Positions 59,829 through 64,000 of a stretch of 64,000 nt of DNA are shown one piece after another. The number at the start of each line of letters is the position of its first letter. Position 1 is the stretch's first letter. The position numbers and the translations under genes are program-made. The stretch is from Octopus sinensis (lineage: Eukaryota), in contig NC_042997.1 in NCBI RefSeq assembly GCF_006345805.1, forward strand, positions 69,998,001 to 70,062,000, given 5' to 3'. The notes below the pieces were generated by a model. That model had not been told where the DNA came from. It did no database searches and was given only the letters and a program-made list of their open reading frames with translations.

Positions 59829-61763
59829 CATATACATGCATACATATACATATACATACATATACATGCATACATATACATATACATACATATACATGCA
59901 TACATATACATACATCTATAAATATATCATAGTGAAAGTTATAGAAATGAAACTAATATATATGTTGTGAAAGTATTAATAGTTTCACTATTAATACTGA
60001 ATGTATTAGGTCACACTACAAAAGAGATGTTATTGTTTAACTTTTTACATATAATTCTGAAATAGTGTAAGAGATGATAGATTGGTCCGGGCTAGCATTA
60101 GGTAAGAAGTTGAAAATAATCTGACCCATGACATTGCATGGGCTCCAAGCAAGGCCCGTGCAACATTTGAATGAAATCTGTTCGGTAGTTCTTGAGTTTT
60201 AGTGATGCAAACATACAGGCAGATAGACACTCATTCTCAGTTTTATATATATATATGTCATGAAATAGAAGTGATTAATTTTAGTAGCCATTTTGACAGA
60301 ACATTGCAGTGACAAAAATCAACAACCAATAACATCGCATGTGAATGTAGGGAAAGAAACAGCAGTTAACAATTAAAATTTTATTCGGCACAAACTAATT
60401 CCACGGAAGGTTGCACTATTAATTGACTGTAGCTAACACCACCACTAAATGGTAGTTTGATCTGTATGAAATTCCAACTTAGTTTCCGTAAAATCACATT
60501 CTGCTGTGTATTATATACACGTTAATTTGATTGTTTATGATATATACGATACTCTAAATAAACATTATTTGATATAGATATCTATAGCCACTCAACGAAA
60601 TATATAGGTATCGGACTTTAATATATGCACATAACCATACGCATATATGCGGAGGAAGTGGAGAGAGAAAGGGAGAGAAGGAGGAGAGAGACCAGGAGCA
60701 CAATATATTTGTACACCCAATTTTATGTGGGTCGTAAATACGAGAAAAACCAAACGTTGTTACATGAATTGCGCCCAATGTATACTTTCTTATGTTGACA
60801 ATATCCACACGACGGATATTACTGTGTACCTTTGGCTCTACCTACAACCACTGCAGCTCGGATATTGCTCGTTTATTGACAGTGGAACTAGCTGGAAGCA
60901 TCTGGCGGTGACTAGAAATCCATGACAAAATGAAAAGAAAAAAACTCTTCAACGGTCAGATGTTGCCAAGACTCCCGATTTTGTCCATCGTGTCCGGCAC
61001 ATAGCGACAACTAAAATGGGTTGATGAAGGCCACTGCTAAGATCCATGTAACCTTCTATGAAAACTGGTACGTTGTTAAGTCTGTCAAATTTGAAAGATT
61101 GCTGCAGTGACTCCTCGAAGAAATCTTTGCCATTGTTGATAGTCATCAAGCAGATTTCCTGTTTTGAATATACGAATTTTTAGACACAATCTATCTAGCA
61201 ATATATATTTTCCGATTTCTCTTTCCTTTTTTCCATTTTATGAAATACGGAATGGTATGGCTTGTCTTCTGTTCCCAAAGCGAGTGCATTAGAAATTCAA
61301 TAGAATTATTGAAGTTTTTTAGTTTCAAGTCAGTAAACCCGTGAATGTTCCATCTATAACTTTTGTTTTTTATTTCTTTTACCCTTGTCTCAACACTTAG
61401 TCTATACACGAATAAGATATCAACTGTATCTTTCAATATAATTATTCATTCATGCATTTACATATTAATTTTGGATGCATTGTGTACGATTTGACTGGCA
61501 TATCAAACACAGAGATTATCTTAGTTACTCACTAGAAAATACATTTACTGTTGCTATTGTTGTTGTTGTTGTTGTGGTGGTGGTGTTTCCGTTATTGTCA
61601 TAGCTGTTGTTATTTAGCTTGAATTCATTCTTATTTGAGTACATCATTCCATCAATAAATACTCTGTCTTCATAAATATTTATGACAACATTGTCCAATA
61701 TATCCTTCCTGAGATTGAGAGAGAAATAGCTGGTATTTCTAGCAAACCGAGTGACCCCAACAA

Positions 61764-61863
61764 NNNNNNNNNNNNNNNNNNNNNNNNNNNNNNNNNNNNN
61801 NNNNNNNNNNNNNNNNNNNNNNNNNNNNNNNNNNNNNNNNNNNNNNNNNNNNNNNNNNNNNNN
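61764..61863. other. Assembly gap (100 N)
   Basis: Direct. Confidence 1.
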
Positions 61864-62021
61864 AAAAGAAGCAGAACAGAGAGAGGAGAGAAAAGTGGGG
61901 ATAGAGAAAGTGGTGAGATACACGAACGTATGGAATCAGACATCTATCGTGAAAGAAGGCGGAAAGATGGAAACATGTTGAGAAAGTTTCAAAAAAAGAG
62001 ATACAAAGAGATGCTCTGTGT

Positions 62022-62064
<43 letters not shown>

Positions 62065-62239
62065 TGTGTGGGAGAGAGAAAGAGTGTGAGGGCGAAATAG
62101 AGAGGAAAAGACAAATAAAACTGTATAGTGATCAACTTACTGGATGAATAACTATTTCTTACGATAAGAAGCTATATATGCACACACGTACGTGGAATCA
62201 TAGACACACACAGACGCGGACACACGCACATGCGCGCAT

Positions 62240-62292
<53 letters not shown>

Positions 62293-63884
62293 ATATATAT
62301 ATGCATTTATACATAATGCATATATACATAGACATACAAATGTAGATATGTAATTACATATGGAATTATATATGCAAAGAAAGATAAGTATTATCTCTCT
62401 GTGTATGTTTATTTTTGCATATGTATGTGGGTGTGTTCACTTGTCTCATCCACATTTGTTGTATATGGTTGACCAATTACAAACCTGGATGGAAATCGGT
62501 TATAATTGATAAATATAGAGAAGAGTATAAATAACATCAAAATAAAGATGGAAAGAAAACCCAAAGCATAAAAATATTGAAAAAAATTAAATTTAAACGA
62601 ATAAAGAGAACAAATATTTAAAAGAAGAGAAAAATTCATGAAGATTTGAAGGAAACGTTATTCAATGAATGCCAATAGAAATCAAATGAAGCTATGACAG
62701 TTCCGGTTTAAGATGTGTTTGAGCAGCACTTCTTGAGTGAGAGAAAATAATCAGAGCAGACGGCATGTGTTTAGACAAGACGGCCATCTTAATTCGTTGA
62801 CAAGTTCGAGGATCATCATTTTAATCAAGTGTCGTTAACTTAATCGACTGACCAATACAAAATTATTTCATTTAATTTTCAAAACTCTTATCACATTTGT
62901 ATTCCTGCCCTTATGTCTCCGAAGCATATTATCCTCTTTCTTGCCTTCCTAGGCGCACACGTACAAAAATGCATATATATGCACACATTTGCGCACACAC
63001 AGAAACAGACACACAGGCACAAACTCGCGCGCGAGCCCGCATACGCATTAACGAACGTGCGCGCGCGCACACACACATCACCACTGATAGTTGTGTTTAT
63101 CTTTGTATCTTTGTAATTCATATTTTGGGAATAAACTTCCTATCTACATTTTCCATTACGTCTTCTTAATTCTCTTTTGTATATTATATTTTAAATATTA
63201 TTATATTGTTTTCTTCTGACCATTCGATTTCACTTTTCCTATTCTCTCACCTGAATCATTCTACACTCATAATGCTTGTGTATATATACATATATATGTA
63301 CGAATGATATGATATTTATATCTTTGCTTGTATATGTATATTTGCGTTCAAAAGATCTTGCAACATTTAGAAAATTAGCAATTTCTAAACTGCAATGTGC
63401 TCCACATATGGTAAAAGTGATTGTATGTCTTTTCCTTCCTTGTGTTAACATTTTATCTGCTATGGGCGATCTGAAAGGAATAAAAACCATTTAAATGCTT
63501 TAAAGTATTTTATATTGAAAACCTCCTCGCAACCTTTATACACATATACACATCTATAACCATGTGTATATATCTATGTAAGCATGTTATGGATTGTCTT
63601 TAAAAGAACATTTATATACATGTATATGCGTATGCAAAAAACACGTGTATGTATATGTATGTATGGGTGTATGCGGGCGTGTATGCATATGTTTATGGAT
63701 ACACTTATACATATACATGTGTGCGTGCGCGTAATCGTGCGTGAACAGAACCTTAAACTGGAGGCCCTTGGTATTATTCCGTGTACAAATCATGTTTTTT
63801 TTAAGTGTTAAATTCAATTACATTCAATGTTGATGGAAACATCAGCCGTACTTCATCATGTGCTACTAATATCGATAATGTCGC

Positions 63885-64000
63885 TTTAAAATTTTGGCAC
63901 AATATCAGAACATTGGGGAAGGGGATGAGTTGATTACATCGATTGGCACTTATTTTGTACTCGACTAGTACTTATTTTATCGACCCCCGCGGGTTGAAAG
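63885..64000 (-). mobile_element. SINE-B fragment running off the window
   Basis: GATTACATCG..GTACTTATTTTATCGACCCC as in other copies. Confidence 0.65.

Noticed and set aside
61525-61763. Minus-strand ORF with a GTGAGT donor-like site next to the gap
   Set aside because: Its start resembles an old dispersed repeat (GCTAGAAATAGCAG..., also near 19085, 43210, 51747) followed by microsatellite; the ORF spans Ns.

Overview
AT-rich, microsatellite-saturated animal genomic DNA, intergenic or deep intronic. The SINE repertoire looks like that of an octopus or other coleoid cephalopod (inference from recognised repeats). No host exon can be supported. The only long real ORF is an apparently intact R4/Dong-type non-LTR retrotransposon (RT, CCHC knuckle, restriction-like endonuclease) inserted in an (AAT)n tract at 10053-13807, with decayed relatives beside it and at 55.7 kb. 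The rest is tRNA-SINEs, Tc1/mariner relics, hAT MITEs, RTE and L1/Tx1 fragments and Penelope-like (PLE) remnants. The most striking signal is a dense population of short non-coding elements, mostly sitting in (TA)n runs, that carry minimal type I hammerhead ribozyme motifs. At least five unrelated families have intact cores, and more are degenerate. Several are long near-perfect fold-back hairpins with a ribozyme on each strand and a one-sided tail; one has a ~447-nt terminally redundant unit; one is fused to a tRNA-derived Pol III head. Decayed PLE ORFs in the window end in the same ribozyme fold, pointing to PLEs as the mobilising partner. All folds and alignments were done by eye.
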